This document shows, piece after piece, positions 13,726-24,522 of a stretch of 64,000 nt of DNA. The first letter of the stretch is position 1, and each line of letters begins with the position of its first letter. Made by a program: the position numbers and the translations under genes. Source of the DNA: an uncultured Acidobacteriota bacterium. GTDB taxonomy: Bacteria; Acidobacteriota; Thermoanaerobaculia; UBA5066. Below the pieces are notes generated by a model that searched no databases, was not told where the DNA came from, and saw nothing but the letters and a program-made list of their open reading frames with translations. Location: contig CAIMWE010000082.1 of assembly GCA_903845115.1 (NCBI GenBank), forward strand, positions 48,935 to 112,934, written 5' to 3'.

Positions 13726-14829
13726 GTGAGGGAAAGATCCGGAGTGCTCTCCGACCTGATCCGCCAGGAGATCGAGGCCTCCGGTCCCCTCCGATTCGAC
13801 CGCTTCCAGGAGCTGGCGCTCTACTCTCCCTGCGGCGGCTACTACGAAAGGGCAGGGAGGGTCGGCAGAGCGGGGGACTTCGTGACCGGGGCGTCCTGGC
13901 ACCCGGCGTTCGCCCGGTGCCTACTGCGCTTCCTCGGGAGCCTCGGCCCTCTCGGCGCGGACGGCCCCTCCGTCCTCGACGTCGGTGCCGGCGAAGGGGA
14001 GCTTCTCGCGGCGCTGGCCGCCGCCTCCTTCCCGCCGGAGCGCCTGGTCGGCGTGGAGCGCTCCGACACCCGGCGGTCCGCGGCGCAGGCGGTGCTCCCG
14101 GCCTCGACGTTCCACCCTTCGCTCGATCGGATCGGCAGCCCCGTCACGGGACTCGTCGTGGCGTACGAGCTCTTCGACGCCCTGCCGGTCAGAGCTCTCC
14201 GGGTCGCGGAGGACGGCTCGCTCGTGGAACGGACCGTCGGTCTCGGCGCGGACGGCGTCCTCGGCTGGAGCGAGAGACCGGCCCCCGACTCCGCCGAGAT
14301 CCTCCGGGGCCTCGTCCGGCGCCGCGCGGAGCTCGAGCCGGACCAGCGGCTCGAGCTCCGGCCGGGAGCAGCCGGGCTGGCGGCCCGGATCGCTCGCGTG
14401 GTCCGGTCCGGCGTGATCCTCGTCTTCGACTACGGCGCTGGAACCCGCGCTCTCTACGGCCCGGCTCGGCGGCTGGGAACTCTCGAGGCGTTCCTCCGGC
14501 ACCAGGTCACCCGGGAGGTCCTCACCGACCCGGGCTCCCGGGACATCACGGCCTGGGTCGACTTCGACGAGATCGCGGATGCGTTCCGGGCCGGGGGATT
14601 CGACGTGGCCGGCCCCGTCTCGCAGTCCCGATTCCTCCTCTCGAACGGAATCGCCGCGGAGATCGAAGCGGTCGGCCGATCGAGTCTCTCCGCCCCCGGG
14701 CGGATGGCCGAACGGAACGCGATCGCGAAGCTCTTCATGCCGGGCGGGATGGGGGAGTCGATACGGGTTCTCATCGTATCGAAGGGGACGGCGCCGGCGT
14801 CGGCTCTCGCCGCATTCCCAGAGGTTTGA
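13726..14829 (+). CDS. MidA/NDUFAF7-family SAM-dependent methyltransferase
   Basis: F..LALY.P..GYY, GDFVT, DVGAGEG, YELFDALP, FDYG, DITAWVDF, SQSRFL, MGE motifs. Confidence 0.88.
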   Translation: MRERSGVLSDLIRQEIEASGPLRFDRFQELALYSPCGGYYERAGRVGRAGDFVTGASWHPAFARCLLRFLGSLGPLGADGPSVLDVGAGEGELLAALAAASFPPERLVGVERSDTRRSAAQAVLPASTFHPSLDRIGSPVTGLVVAYELFDALPVRALRVAEDGSLVERTVGLGADGVLGWSERPAPDSAEILRGLVRRRAELEPDQRLELRPGAAGLAARIARVVRSGVILVFDYGAGTRALYGPARRLGTLEAFLRHQVTREVLTDPGSRDITAWVDFDEIADAFRAGGFDVAGPVSQSRFLLSNGIAAEIEAVGRSSLSAPGRMAERNAIAKLFMPGGMGESIRVLIVSKGTAPASALAAFPEV

Positions 14830-14854
14830 CAAGCCGGGGGGTGGGAAAGAGAAT
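14826..14854 (+). promoter_or_regulatory. sigma70-type promoter of nuo operon
   Basis: TTGACA-17 nt-GAGAAT, 75 nt upstream of nuoA. Confidence 0.6.
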
Positions 14855-14929
14855 GCGCCGTTCCCACGACGTGGGCCGGTGCTGCCGGGGCGGAATCGGG
14901 CACGGCACCGGGTTGGAGAGTGCACCCCG

Positions 14930-15286
14930 ATGGCGAACTATCTCCCAGTCCTCTTCTTCGCGATCATGGCCGCGGTCCTGGTCGTCGCGACGGTCCTCCT
15001 GCTCGCCCTGGTCCGCCCGTCGAAGCCTGACGCCGTCAAGACCGCCCCCTACGAGTGCGGCGTCGTCTCCACCACGGACGCGTGGGATCACCGCTTCTCG
15101 GTTCGGTACTACCTCCTGGCCGTCCTGTTCGTCGTGTTCGACGTGGAGACGATCTTCCTCTTTCCCTGGGCCGTGATGTACCACAAGCTGCAGCTCTTCG
15201 GTCTCGTCGAGATGATCGTCTTCATCGTCATCCTGCTCGTCGGATACGTCTACGTCTGGAGGCGGGGGGCCCTCTCTTGGGCCTGA
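14930..15286 (+). CDS. nuoA: NADH-quinone oxidoreductase subunit A
   Basis: [21 protein letters not shown]; ATG with SD GGAG inside ORF 14579..15286. Confidence 0.95.
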   Translation: MANYLPVLFFAIMAAVLVVATVLLLALVRPSKPDAVKTAPYECGVVSTTDAWDHRFSVRYYLLAVLFVVFDVETIFLFPWAVMYHKLQLFGLVEMIVFIVILLVGYVYVWRRGALSWA

Positions 15287-15464
15287 CGAGCGGTATCGGA
15301 GCCGGGTGCCGATCGATGCGCCGGCCCCCGAGCCCGCCGAGCGGCCTCCCCCCGGCGTCCCACCCGCGGAACCAACGGACCGGAGGATCCCGAGCCACCT
15401 CCCCGCCGCCCTCCATCGGCCTTCCCCCTGTCTTTCCCGGAAACACGGAAACCCGAGGTGCCTC

Positions 15465-15950
15465 GTGGGCCTGATCGAAAACTCCCTTCCCGAGAACGTC
15501 CTGACGACGACGATCGACGACGTCATCAACTGGGCACGCAAGAACTCCATCTGGCCGATGTCATTCGGCCTGGCCTGCTGCGCGATCGAGATGATGGCCG
15601 TCGTCGACAGCCGCCACGACATGTCGCGCTTCGGCGCCGAGGTCTTCCGAGGGTCGCCGCGCCAGTCCGACCTGATGCTGGTCGCCGGAACGGTCACGGA
15701 GAAGATGGCGCCGGTCGTCAAACGCCTCTACGACCAGATGCCCGACCCGAAATTCGTCATCGCCATGGGGAGCTGCGCCACCTGCGGAGGACCGTACAGG
15801 ACCTACGCGGTGACGCAGGGGGTCGACCGGATCGTCCCGGTCGACGTCTACGTCCCCGGGTGTCCGCCCCGGCCGGAAGCCCTTCTCTACGGCCTCCTCG
15901 AGCTCCAGAAGAAGATCCAGAAGATGCGCGTCCTGCGCCGGGTCTCGTGA
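15465..15950 (+). CDS. nuoB: NADH-quinone oxidoreductase subunit B
   Basis: [27 protein letters not shown]; GTG with SD GAGG. Confidence 0.95.
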   Translation: MGLIENSLPENVLTTTIDDVINWARKNSIWPMSFGLACCAIEMMAVVDSRHDMSRFGAEVFRGSPRQSDLMLVAGTVTEKMAPVVKRLYDQMPDPKFVIAMGSCATCGGPYRTYAVTQGVDRIVPVDVYVPGCPPRPEALLYGLLELQKKIQKMRVLRRVS

Positions 15951-15960
15951 CGGGAAGGCC

Positions 15961-16716
15961 ATGACCGAAGAAACACCAAAGGACCGGCCCGCCCCGCAGA
16001 CCGCGCCCGCCTCCGAGGCGAAGCCGCAGCCCGCTGCCGAGACGAAGGGGGCGGCCGAGGCCCCGAAGCCGACGACCGCCGCGCCGAAGCCTGCCGTCGA
16101 CACCGCGAAACCGGCGGCTCCGGCGGCCCCGAAGCCCGCGGCCGCCCCGGCTGCCCCCAAGCCCCCGGCCCCCGCCGACGCCTCGGCCCACCCGATCGTG
16201 GCCGCGCTCGCCGCCGCCGTTCCGGGAGCCGTCCAGAAGGCCACCTCGTTCGTCGGAGAGGTCACGGTGGAGGTCGATCCGGCGAAGCTGGTCGAAGCGT
16301 GCCGCTACCTGAAGGACGGCCAGCAGTTCGACTACTTGGTCGACCTGACCGCGGTCGACTGGAAGGAGCGCGACCCCCGCTTCGACGTGGTCCTGTGGCT
16401 CCACTCCTTCCCCAGGAAGAGCGAGCGGATCCGCCTCAAGGCGAAGGTGAAGGACGGGGAGGCCTGTCCGAGCGTGACCGGGGTCTGGCTGACCGCAAAC
16501 TGGATGGAGCGGGAGGTCTTCGACCTCTTCGGGATTCCGTTCGCCGGGCATCCCGACCTCCGCCGGATCCTCACCTGGGATGGCTTCAACGGGCACCCGT
16601 TCCGAAAGGACTTTCCGCTCGAGGGGATCGACACCGGGGCGGCGATCTACCCCGACCGCTACCCCGAGGGGGGCGGCCCGTCGGCCTCCGACTCCAACCG
16701 AAAGGTCGTGTCATGA
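15961..16716 (+). CDS. nuoC: NADH-quinone oxidoreductase subunit C with Ala/Pro/Lys-rich N-terminal extension
   Basis: ANWMEREVFDLFGI.F.GHPDLRRIL, GHPFRKDFP. Confidence 0.95.
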   Translation: MTEETPKDRPAPQTAPASEAKPQPAAETKGAAEAPKPTTAAPKPAVDTAKPAAPAAPKPAAAPAAPKPPAPADASAHPIVAALAAAVPGAVQKATSFVGEVTVEVDPAKLVEACRYLKDGQQFDYLVDLTAVDWKERDPRFDVVLWLHSFPRKSERIRLKAKVKDGEACPSVTGVWLTANWMEREVFDLFGIPFAGHPDLRRILTWDGFNGHPFRKDFPLEGIDTGAAIYPDRYPEGGGPSASDSNRKVVS

Positions 16717-17888
16717 GCGAGACGCCGAAGCCCGCACTGCCCGGGACGGCGGCCGTGGTCGTCGAGGGCGGTATGCCGCCCCTGATGGGGCTTCAGGAGA
16801 TGGAGCTCAACTTCGGGCCGCAGCACCCGTCGACCCACGGCGTCCTCCGGATCGTCATCCGGGTGGACGGCGAGAAGATCGTCTCGGCCCGGCCCGACAT
16901 CGGTTACCTCCACCGCGGCACCGAGAAGCTGTTCGAGACCGAGACCTACCCGATGGTCATCCCCCACACGGACCGGATGGACTACGTGGCGGCCGCGACC
17001 AACAACCACGCCTACTGCCTCGTCGTCGAGAAGCTCCTCGGGATCGAGATCCCGAAGCGGGCGCAGTACATCCGGGTCCTGCTCGACGAGCTGCAGCGCC
17101 TCTCCTCTCACCTCCTCTGGCTCGGCTCGTGCGCCATGGACCTCGGCGCGATCACCCCGTTCTTCTACGTCTTCCGCGAACGGGAGGCGATCCTCGACTA
17201 CTTCGAGGACTACTGCGGCGCGCGGCTCACCCTGAACTGCATGCGAATCGGCGGCCTCCCCGTCGACCTGCCGCCCGGGTGGACGCAGAAGATCCACGAC
17301 TTCATCGAGCCCTTCGTCGACCGCGTGAACGAGTACGAGGACCTGCTGACGGGCAACCGGATCTTCCGGGACCGGACCATCGGGATCGGCGTCCTGCCGG
17401 TCGACCGCTGCATCGAGTGGGGTGTGACCGGCCCGGCGCTGCGCGGCGCGGGGAAGGCGTGGGACATCCGCCGGGCGATCCCGTACGAGTGCTACCCGGA
17501 GCTGGAGTTCGACATCCCGGTCGGCAAGAACGCCGACACGTACGACCGGTACCTCGTCCGGATGGCCGAGATGCGGCAGAGCCGCCGGATCATCCAGCAG
17601 TGTCTCGCGTGGCTCGAGAAGAACCCGGGGACGGAATTCCGCGGGAAGGTGCCCCGCGTGATCAAGCCGCCCGCAGGGGAGGCCTACGCCGCGGTCGAGG
17701 CCCCGAAGGGAGAGCTCGGCTTCTACCTCGTGTCGAACGGGGGGAACAAGCCGTATCGGCTCCGCGTCCGGCCCCCGAGCTTCATCAACCTCCAGGCGCT
17801 TCCCGAGATGGTCACCGGGCACCTGGTCTCGGACCTCGTCGCCGTCATCGGGACCATCGACATCGTCCTCGGCGAGGTGGACCGGTGA
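16713..17888 (+). CDS. nuoD: NADH-quinone oxidoreductase subunit D
   Basis: NFGPQHPSTHGVLR, GYLHRGTEK, EAPKGE, DIVLGEVDR; ATGA overlap with nuoC. Confidence 0.96.
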   Translation: MSETPKPALPGTAAVVVEGGMPPLMGLQEMELNFGPQHPSTHGVLRIVIRVDGEKIVSARPDIGYLHRGTEKLFETETYPMVIPHTDRMDYVAAATNNHAYCLVVEKLLGIEIPKRAQYIRVLLDELQRLSSHLLWLGSCAMDLGAITPFFYVFREREAILDYFEDYCGARLTLNCMRIGGLPVDLPPGWTQKIHDFIEPFVDRVNEYEDLLTGNRIFRDRTIGIGVLPVDRCIEWGVTGPALRGAGKAWDIRRAIPYECYPELEFDIPVGKNADTYDRYLVRMAEMRQSRRIIQQCLAWLEKNPGTEFRGKVPRVIKPPAGEAYAAVEAPKGELGFYLVSNGGNKPYRLRVRPPSFINLQALPEMVTGHLVSDLVAVIGTIDIVLGEVDR

Positions 17889-17979
17889 GCGGCGTCTCGG
17901 CGATCTGGCCTCGGACGGCTCGCGCGGACCACGCGCTCGACCGACATCGTCCTCGGCGAGGGAGACCGGTGAGCGGCGT
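17858..17979 (+). repeat. 38-bp direct repeat (36/38 identical) duplicating the nuoD 3' end
   Basis: CGACATCGTCCTCGGCGAGG(TG/GA)GACCGGTGAGCGGCGT at 17858-17895 and 17942-17979. Confidence 0.9.
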
Positions 17980-18013
17980 GCGGGGACCGGCGACGCCCGA
18001 AGGGAGCCGCTGA

Positions 18014-19192
18014 ATGGACTCGACCTCCATCCTCCACGTCGTCGTCATCCCGGCCGTGAAGGCGGTCGTCTACTGCACCCTGATGGCCATCACGGCCGGC
18101 GTCCTCACGATCATCGAACGCCGGACCCTCGGCTTCATGCAGGTCCGCAAGGGGCCCAACCGGGTCGGCTGGGAAGGGTCGCTCCAGTGGGTGGCCGACA
18201 CCATCAAGCTGATGTTCAAGGAGGACGTGGTCCCGAGCCGCTCGGAGCGGTTCATCCACTTCCTCGCGCCCGCGCTCCTGGCGACGCCGGCGCTCACGGT
18301 TTTCGCGCTCCTCCCCTTCGGGCCCGAGGTGAGCTTCCCGCTCCCGGGCCTCGGGACGGTCACGACGCCGCTCTACGCGGCCGACGTCAACGTCGGCCTC
18401 CTCCTGATCCTCGCCATCACGACGATCGGCACCTACGGGGTCATCCTGGCCGGCTGGGCGTCGAACTCGAAGTACGCCCTCATGGGCGGGCTCCGGTCGG
18501 CCGCGCAGCTGATCAGCTACGAGGTGCCGATGGGGTTCGCCGTCGTCTCGGTGGTCCTGATGGCGAACACGCTCTCGCTCCGCGGGATCATCGAGGCGCA
18601 GCGCGAGGCGCACGTCTGGTTCATCTTCCCGGGGCTCCTCGCCTTCGTCATCTACTTCATCTCGGGGGTCGCCGAGACGAACCGGATCCCCTTCGACCTC
18701 CCGGAGGCGGAGAGCGAGCTGGTGGCCGGCTTCCACACCGAGTACTCCGGTATGAAGTGGTCGTTCTTCTTCATGGCCGAGTACGCGAACATGGTGACCG
18801 TCTCCGCCATCGCGACCACCCTCTTCTTCGGCGGCTGGCTGCCGCCCTTCCCGAACGTCCGATGGCTCTCCTTCCTCGGGATCCTCCCGCCGGCGTTCTG
18901 GTTCCTCGGGAAGGTCTTCTTCTTCCTCCTCGTCTACATCTGGTTCCGCGGGACCTTCCCGCGCTACCGGTTCGACCAGCTGATGGACCTCGGGTGGAAG
19001 ACCCTGATCCCGCTGTCGATCGGGAACCTCGTCCTCATCGCCGCCTTCGCCCTCTGGGGCCGCGGCGGACTCCAGCTCCTCGGCCTCCTCCTGACGCTGA
19101 CCGTCGCCGCCGGCCTCACCTTCGTGTTCCGGCAGAAACCGGGCCTCCGGGCCTCCGAGTCGATGGCCGCCCCGGCGGAGGTCCGCCCATGA
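18014..19192 (+). CDS. nuoH: NADH-quinone oxidoreductase subunit H
   Basis: ERR...MQ.RKGPNRVG, SNSKYALMGGLRS, AETNRIPFDLPEAESELVAGF. Confidence 0.96.
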   Translation: MDSTSILHVVVIPAVKAVVYCTLMAITAGVLTIIERRTLGFMQVRKGPNRVGWEGSLQWVADTIKLMFKEDVVPSRSERFIHFLAPALLATPALTVFALLPFGPEVSFPLPGLGTVTTPLYAADVNVGLLLILAITTIGTYGVILAGWASNSKYALMGGLRSAAQLISYEVPMGFAVVSVVLMANTLSLRGIIEAQREAHVWFIFPGLLAFVIYFISGVAETNRIPFDLPEAESELVAGFHTEYSGMKWSFFFMAEYANMVTVSAIATTLFFGGWLPPFPNVRWLSFLGILPPAFWFLGKVFFFLLVYIWFRGTFPRYRFDQLMDLGWKTLIPLSIGNLVLIAAFALWGRGGLQLLGLLLTLTVAAGLTFVFRQKPGLRASESMAAPAEVRP

Positions 19193-19746
19193 GCTTCATG
19201 GCCCACGCGCTCCTGACCGACCTGATCACTGGCATGAAGACCACCTTCATGCACCTGTTCCGGCCGGCCGACACGGTGGAGTACCCGGAGAAGGCCCGGA
19301 CGCCGAGCGACCGGTTCCGCGGGATGTTCCTCCTCGACGAGGACCGCTGCATCAAGTGCACGCTCTGCGCGATCGAGTGCCCGATCAACATCATCTACAT
19401 CGACTGGCACAACGAGAAGAACGAGGCGGGCAAGAACGAGAAGGTCCTGGACCGCTTCGACCTCGACATGAAGCGCTGCATGTTCTGCGGCCTCTGCGAG
19501 GAAGCGTGCCCGACGAAGCCGAAGTCGATCTGGCTGACGACGAAGACCTACGAGCTCTCGACGTACGAGCGGAACGACGCCCTCTACCTCGACATCCGGA
19601 AGCTGACGAAGTGGGACCACAACGTGAAGCCCTTCGTCGTCCGGGAAGAGAAGAAGCTGGCCGCGGCGCCGGCCGGACCTCCCTTGGCGGCGGAGCCCGA
19701 GGCACCGACCGGGGCTCCGGCCGAGAACAAGGAGAAGTCGGCGTGA
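19189..19746 (+). CDS. nuoI: NADH-quinone oxidoreductase subunit I
   Basis: CIKCTLCAIECP and CMFCGLCEEACP 4Fe-4S motifs; ATGA overlap. Confidence 0.94.
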   Translation: MSFMAHALLTDLITGMKTTFMHLFRPADTVEYPEKARTPSDRFRGMFLLDEDRCIKCTLCAIECPINIIYIDWHNEKNEAGKNEKVLDRFDLDMKRCMFCGLCEEACPTKPKSIWLTTKTYELSTYERNDALYLDIRKLTKWDHNVKPFVVREEKKLAAAPAGPPLAAEPEAPTGAPAENKEKSA

Positions 19747-20300
19747 TGGACGGCGCGGCCTTCCTCTTCTGGCTCTTCGCCGCGGTCATCGTGACCGGCG
19801 CGGTGGGCGTCGTCTCCGCGAGGCAGCCGGTCCACTCGGCCCTCTTCCTCCTCCTGAGCTTCCTCGGCGTCGCCTGCCTCTTCCTCCTCGAGCGGGCCGA
19901 ATTCCTCGCCGCGGTCCAGATCCTCGTCTACGCGGGCGGGATCATGGTCCTCTTCCTCTTCACGATCATGCTCGTCAACGTCCGGCGCCAGGCCGGCGAG
20001 CCGTTCCTGCACGGCCGGGCGTGGAAGGCGGTCCTCGCCGGCATCCTCCTCTTCGGCATCGTGGGGAGCGCTCTCCTGGACCAGGTGAACCGGGGCGTCG
20101 GCAAGGTCGCGGCGGCCGACGACGGGAAGCTGGCCTCGGCGATCATCGACGGGAAGCTCGTGACGGGGAATAGCGAGGTCGTGGCCTGGCTTCTCTACCG
20201 CGACTATCTCCTCCCGTTCGAGGTGGCGTCGGTCCTCCTGCTGGTCGCCATGATCGGGGCGGTCGTCCTCGGCAAGCGGACGATGGAGAGGTTCGACTGA
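19746..20300 (+). CDS. nuoJ: NADH-quinone oxidoreductase subunit J
   Basis: PVHSAL, AEFLAAVQILVYAGGIMVLFLF, YLLPFE. Confidence 0.94.
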   Translation: MDGAAFLFWLFAAVIVTGAVGVVSARQPVHSALFLLLSFLGVACLFLLERAEFLAAVQILVYAGGIMVLFLFTIMLVNVRRQAGEPFLHGRAWKAVLAGILLFGIVGSALLDQVNRGVGKVAAADDGKLASAIIDGKLVTGNSEVVAWLLYRDYLLPFEVASVLLLVAMIGAVVLGKRTMERFD

Positions 20301-20602
20301 TGATCACCCTCGCGCACTACGTGGCGCTCTCGTTCCTCCTGTTCGCGATCGGAGTGACGGGCGTGCTGGTCCGCCGGAACCTCCTCACCATCCTGATGTC
20401 GATCGAGCTGATGCTGAACGCCGTCAACATCAACCTCGTCGCGTTCTCCCGCCATCTGGGTAACGTCGAGGGGCACATCGTCAGCGTCTTCGTCATCACC
20501 GTCGCGGCCGGCGAGGCCGCGATCGGCCTGGCCATCATCCTCTCGCTCTACCGCCTGAAGAACTCGGTCAACCTCGACGACGTCGCCGAGATGAAGGGGT
20601 GA
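20300..20602 (+). CDS. nuoK: NADH-quinone oxidoreductase subunit K
   Basis: RRNLL.ILMSIELMLNAVN, VAAGEAAIGL. Confidence 0.96.
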   Translation: MITLAHYVALSFLLFAIGVTGVLVRRNLLTILMSIELMLNAVNINLVAFSRHLGNVEGHIVSVFVITVAAGEAAIGLAIILSLYRLKNSVNLDDVAEMKG

Positions 20603-20606
20603 CGAC

Positions 20607-22874
20607 GTGACCGCAGCCGCCGTCCTCCCGTTCATCCTGGTCTTCCCGATCCTCGGCTTCCTCGTCAACGGCCTCCTCTACCTCGCCTCCCACTCGAAGC
20701 TCGGCGGGAAGGACTCGCCGCGCGGTCCGCATGGAGGCGGGCACGGCGACGGTCACGGCGCCCCGGGCTCCGACTCGCACGGCAGCGGCGCCTCCTCGCA
20801 CGGGGCCCACGGCGGCCACGACAGCCACGGTGACCACCACGACATTCCGTTCAAGGCGGTCCACACGTGGGTCGGGCCGCTGGCCTCCGGCCTGGCCTGC
20901 CTCACCTCCTTCCTCGCCATCTTCCTCTGGTGGGGCGAGACCCACGGCGAGGAGGCGGTCGTCGCCAAGCTCTGGACCTGGCTCCCGATGGGGACGAACC
21001 CGGGCTGGTTCGGGATGAAGCCGCTCGTCGTCGACGCCGCGCTCCGCCTCGACCCGCTGTCGGCCCTCATGATCGGGTTCGTCACGTTCATCGGGACCCT
21101 CATCCACGTCTACTCGGTCGGGTACATGGGGCACGACCCGGGCTACGGCCGGTTCTTCGCCTACCTCAACCTCTTCATGTTCTCGATGCTGACCCTCGTC
21201 CTCGGGGCGAGCCTCGGGGTCCTCTTCGTCGGCTGGGAGGGGGTGGGCCTCTGCTCCTACCTCCTGATCGGCTACTTCTACACGAAGGACTTCGCGGCCG
21301 ACGCCGGGAAGAAGGCGTTCGTCGTGAACCGGATCGGCGACGCCGGGTTCCTTCTCGGGCTCTTCGGCTGCTTCGCGATGTTCGGCACGGCCGACTTCGG
21401 GACGATGTTCGACCTGGCGTCGAAGGCGCCGGCGACGTACGCGGCGGGCGGGCTGGTCACGGCGGCCTGCGTCTGCCTCTTCGTCGGGGCATGCGGCAAG
21501 AGCGCGCAGCTCCCCCTCTACGTCTGGCTTCCCGACGCGATGGCCGGCCCGACGCCCGTCTCGGCCCTCATCCACGCCGCGACGATGGTCACGGCGGGCG
21601 TCTACCTGGTCGCCCGCTGCAACGTCCTCTTCCGGATCTCGCACGAGTGGGCGGTCAAGACGCTGGGCGAGAACGCCTCCTTCTTCTCGATGCTGACCCA
21701 CGACGCGTCGTTCGTGGTGGCGGTCGTCGGCGGGGCGACGGCGATCTTCGCGGCGTCGATGGGCTTCGCCCAGACCGACATCAAGAAGGTCCTCGCCTAC
21801 TCCACCGTCTCGCAGCTCGGGTACATGTTCCTCGGCTGCGGCGTCCTCGCCTTCTCCGCCGGCATGTTCCACGTCTTCACCCACGCCTGGTTCAAGGCCT
21901 GCCTCTTCCTCGGCTCCGGTTCCGTCATCCACGCGATGTCGGGCGAGCAGGAGATGGACAAGATGGGGGGGCTCAAGGGGATGGTCCCCCACACCTTCCG
22001 GACGATGCTGATCGCCACGCTGGCGATCGCGGGCGTCCCGGGGCTGGCTGGCTTTTTCTCGAAGGACCAGATCCTCGGGGAGACGTACATCTCGGGGCAC
22101 CCGGTCCTCTGGCTCGTCGCGGTCCTCACGGCCGGGATGACGGCCTTCTACATGTTCCGGCTGGTCAAGATGACCTTCTACGGCGACTTCCGGGGGACGG
22201 ACGAGGTGAAGCACCACGTCCACGAGTCGCCCTGGACCATGACGGTCCCGCTCTGGATCCTGGCGATCGGGGCCATCGTCGTCGGCTGGTTCGGCGTGCC
22301 GAACTTCCTCTGGGCGAAGGGAAACCGGTTCGAGGCGTTCCTCGAGCCGATCTTCCCGAAGCTGCCTCCGGACTGGACCCCCGTCGTCCACGAGGCGTCC
22401 CACGCGACCGAGTGGTCGCTCATGATGACCTCCGTCGTCGTCGCGACGATCGGGATCGTCGTGGGCTGGAAGCTCTACTCCGGGTCCTACCCGTTCGCGG
22501 TGCCGGAGCGGTTCGCCAAGAGGTTCGCCGGCCTCTACCGAACCGTCCGGAACAAGTACTACGTCGACGAGGCCTACGAGTGGCTCTTCGTCGAGCGGCT
22601 CGTCAAGAGGGGTGGGCGATTCCTGTGGGAGATCGACGCCCGGGTCGTGGACGGCGTGGTGAACGGCACTCGCCACCTGGCCATCGGCGTCTCCGAGATC
22701 TCCTCGTGGTTCGACCGGGTCTTCGTCGACGGCGCCGTCAACGGGGTGGCGAACGTCTTCCAGGCCGGGTGGCGCGGGTACGGACGGCTCCAGAACGGCC
22801 AGACCCAGAGCTACGCGTTGTCGATGGCGGTGGGCGTCTTCGGCCTCGTTTGCGTTTACATCCTCCTCTCGTAA
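20607..22874 (+). CDS. nuoL: NADH-quinone oxidoreductase subunit L with His-rich insertion
   Basis: GWEGVGLCSY, KSAQLPL..WLPDAMAGPTPVSALIHAATMV, HAWFKA. Confidence 0.96.
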   Translation: MTAAAVLPFILVFPILGFLVNGLLYLASHSKLGGKDSPRGPHGGGHGDGHGAPGSDSHGSGASSHGAHGGHDSHGDHHDIPFKAVHTWVGPLASGLACLTSFLAIFLWWGETHGEEAVVAKLWTWLPMGTNPGWFGMKPLVVDAALRLDPLSALMIGFVTFIGTLIHVYSVGYMGHDPGYGRFFAYLNLFMFSMLTLVLGASLGVLFVGWEGVGLCSYLLIGYFYTKDFAADAGKKAFVVNRIGDAGFLLGLFGCFAMFGTADFGTMFDLASKAPATYAAGGLVTAACVCLFVGACGKSAQLPLYVWLPDAMAGPTPVSALIHAATMVTAGVYLVARCNVLFRISHEWAVKTLGENASFFSMLTHDASFVVAVVGGATAIFAASMGFAQTDIKKVLAYSTVSQLGYMFLGCGVLAFSAGMFHVFTHAWFKACLFLGSGSVIHAMSGEQEMDKMGGLKGMVPHTFRTMLIATLAIAGVPGLAGFFSKDQILGETYISGHPVLWLVAVLTAGMTAFYMFRLVKMTFYGDFRGTDEVKHHVHESPWTMTVPLWILAIGAIVVGWFGVPNFLWAKGNRFEAFLEPIFPKLPPDWTPVVHEASHATEWSLMMTSVVVATIGIVVGWKLYSGSYPFAVPERFAKRFAGLYRTVRNKYYVDEAYEWLFVERLVKRGGRFLWEIDARVVDGVVNGTRHLAIGVSEISSWFDRVFVDGAVNGVANVFQAGWRGYGRLQNGQTQSYALSMAVGVFGLVCVYILLS

Positions 22875-22887
22875 AGGACGCGGAAAG

Positions 22888-24519
<1,632 letters not shown>

Positions 24520-24522
24520 CCC

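Noticed and set aside
15287-15464. 178-bp gap between nuoA and nuoB, or 53-aa N-terminal extension of NuoB
   Set aside because: C-rich low-complexity sequence without recognisable motif; SD supports the 15465 start
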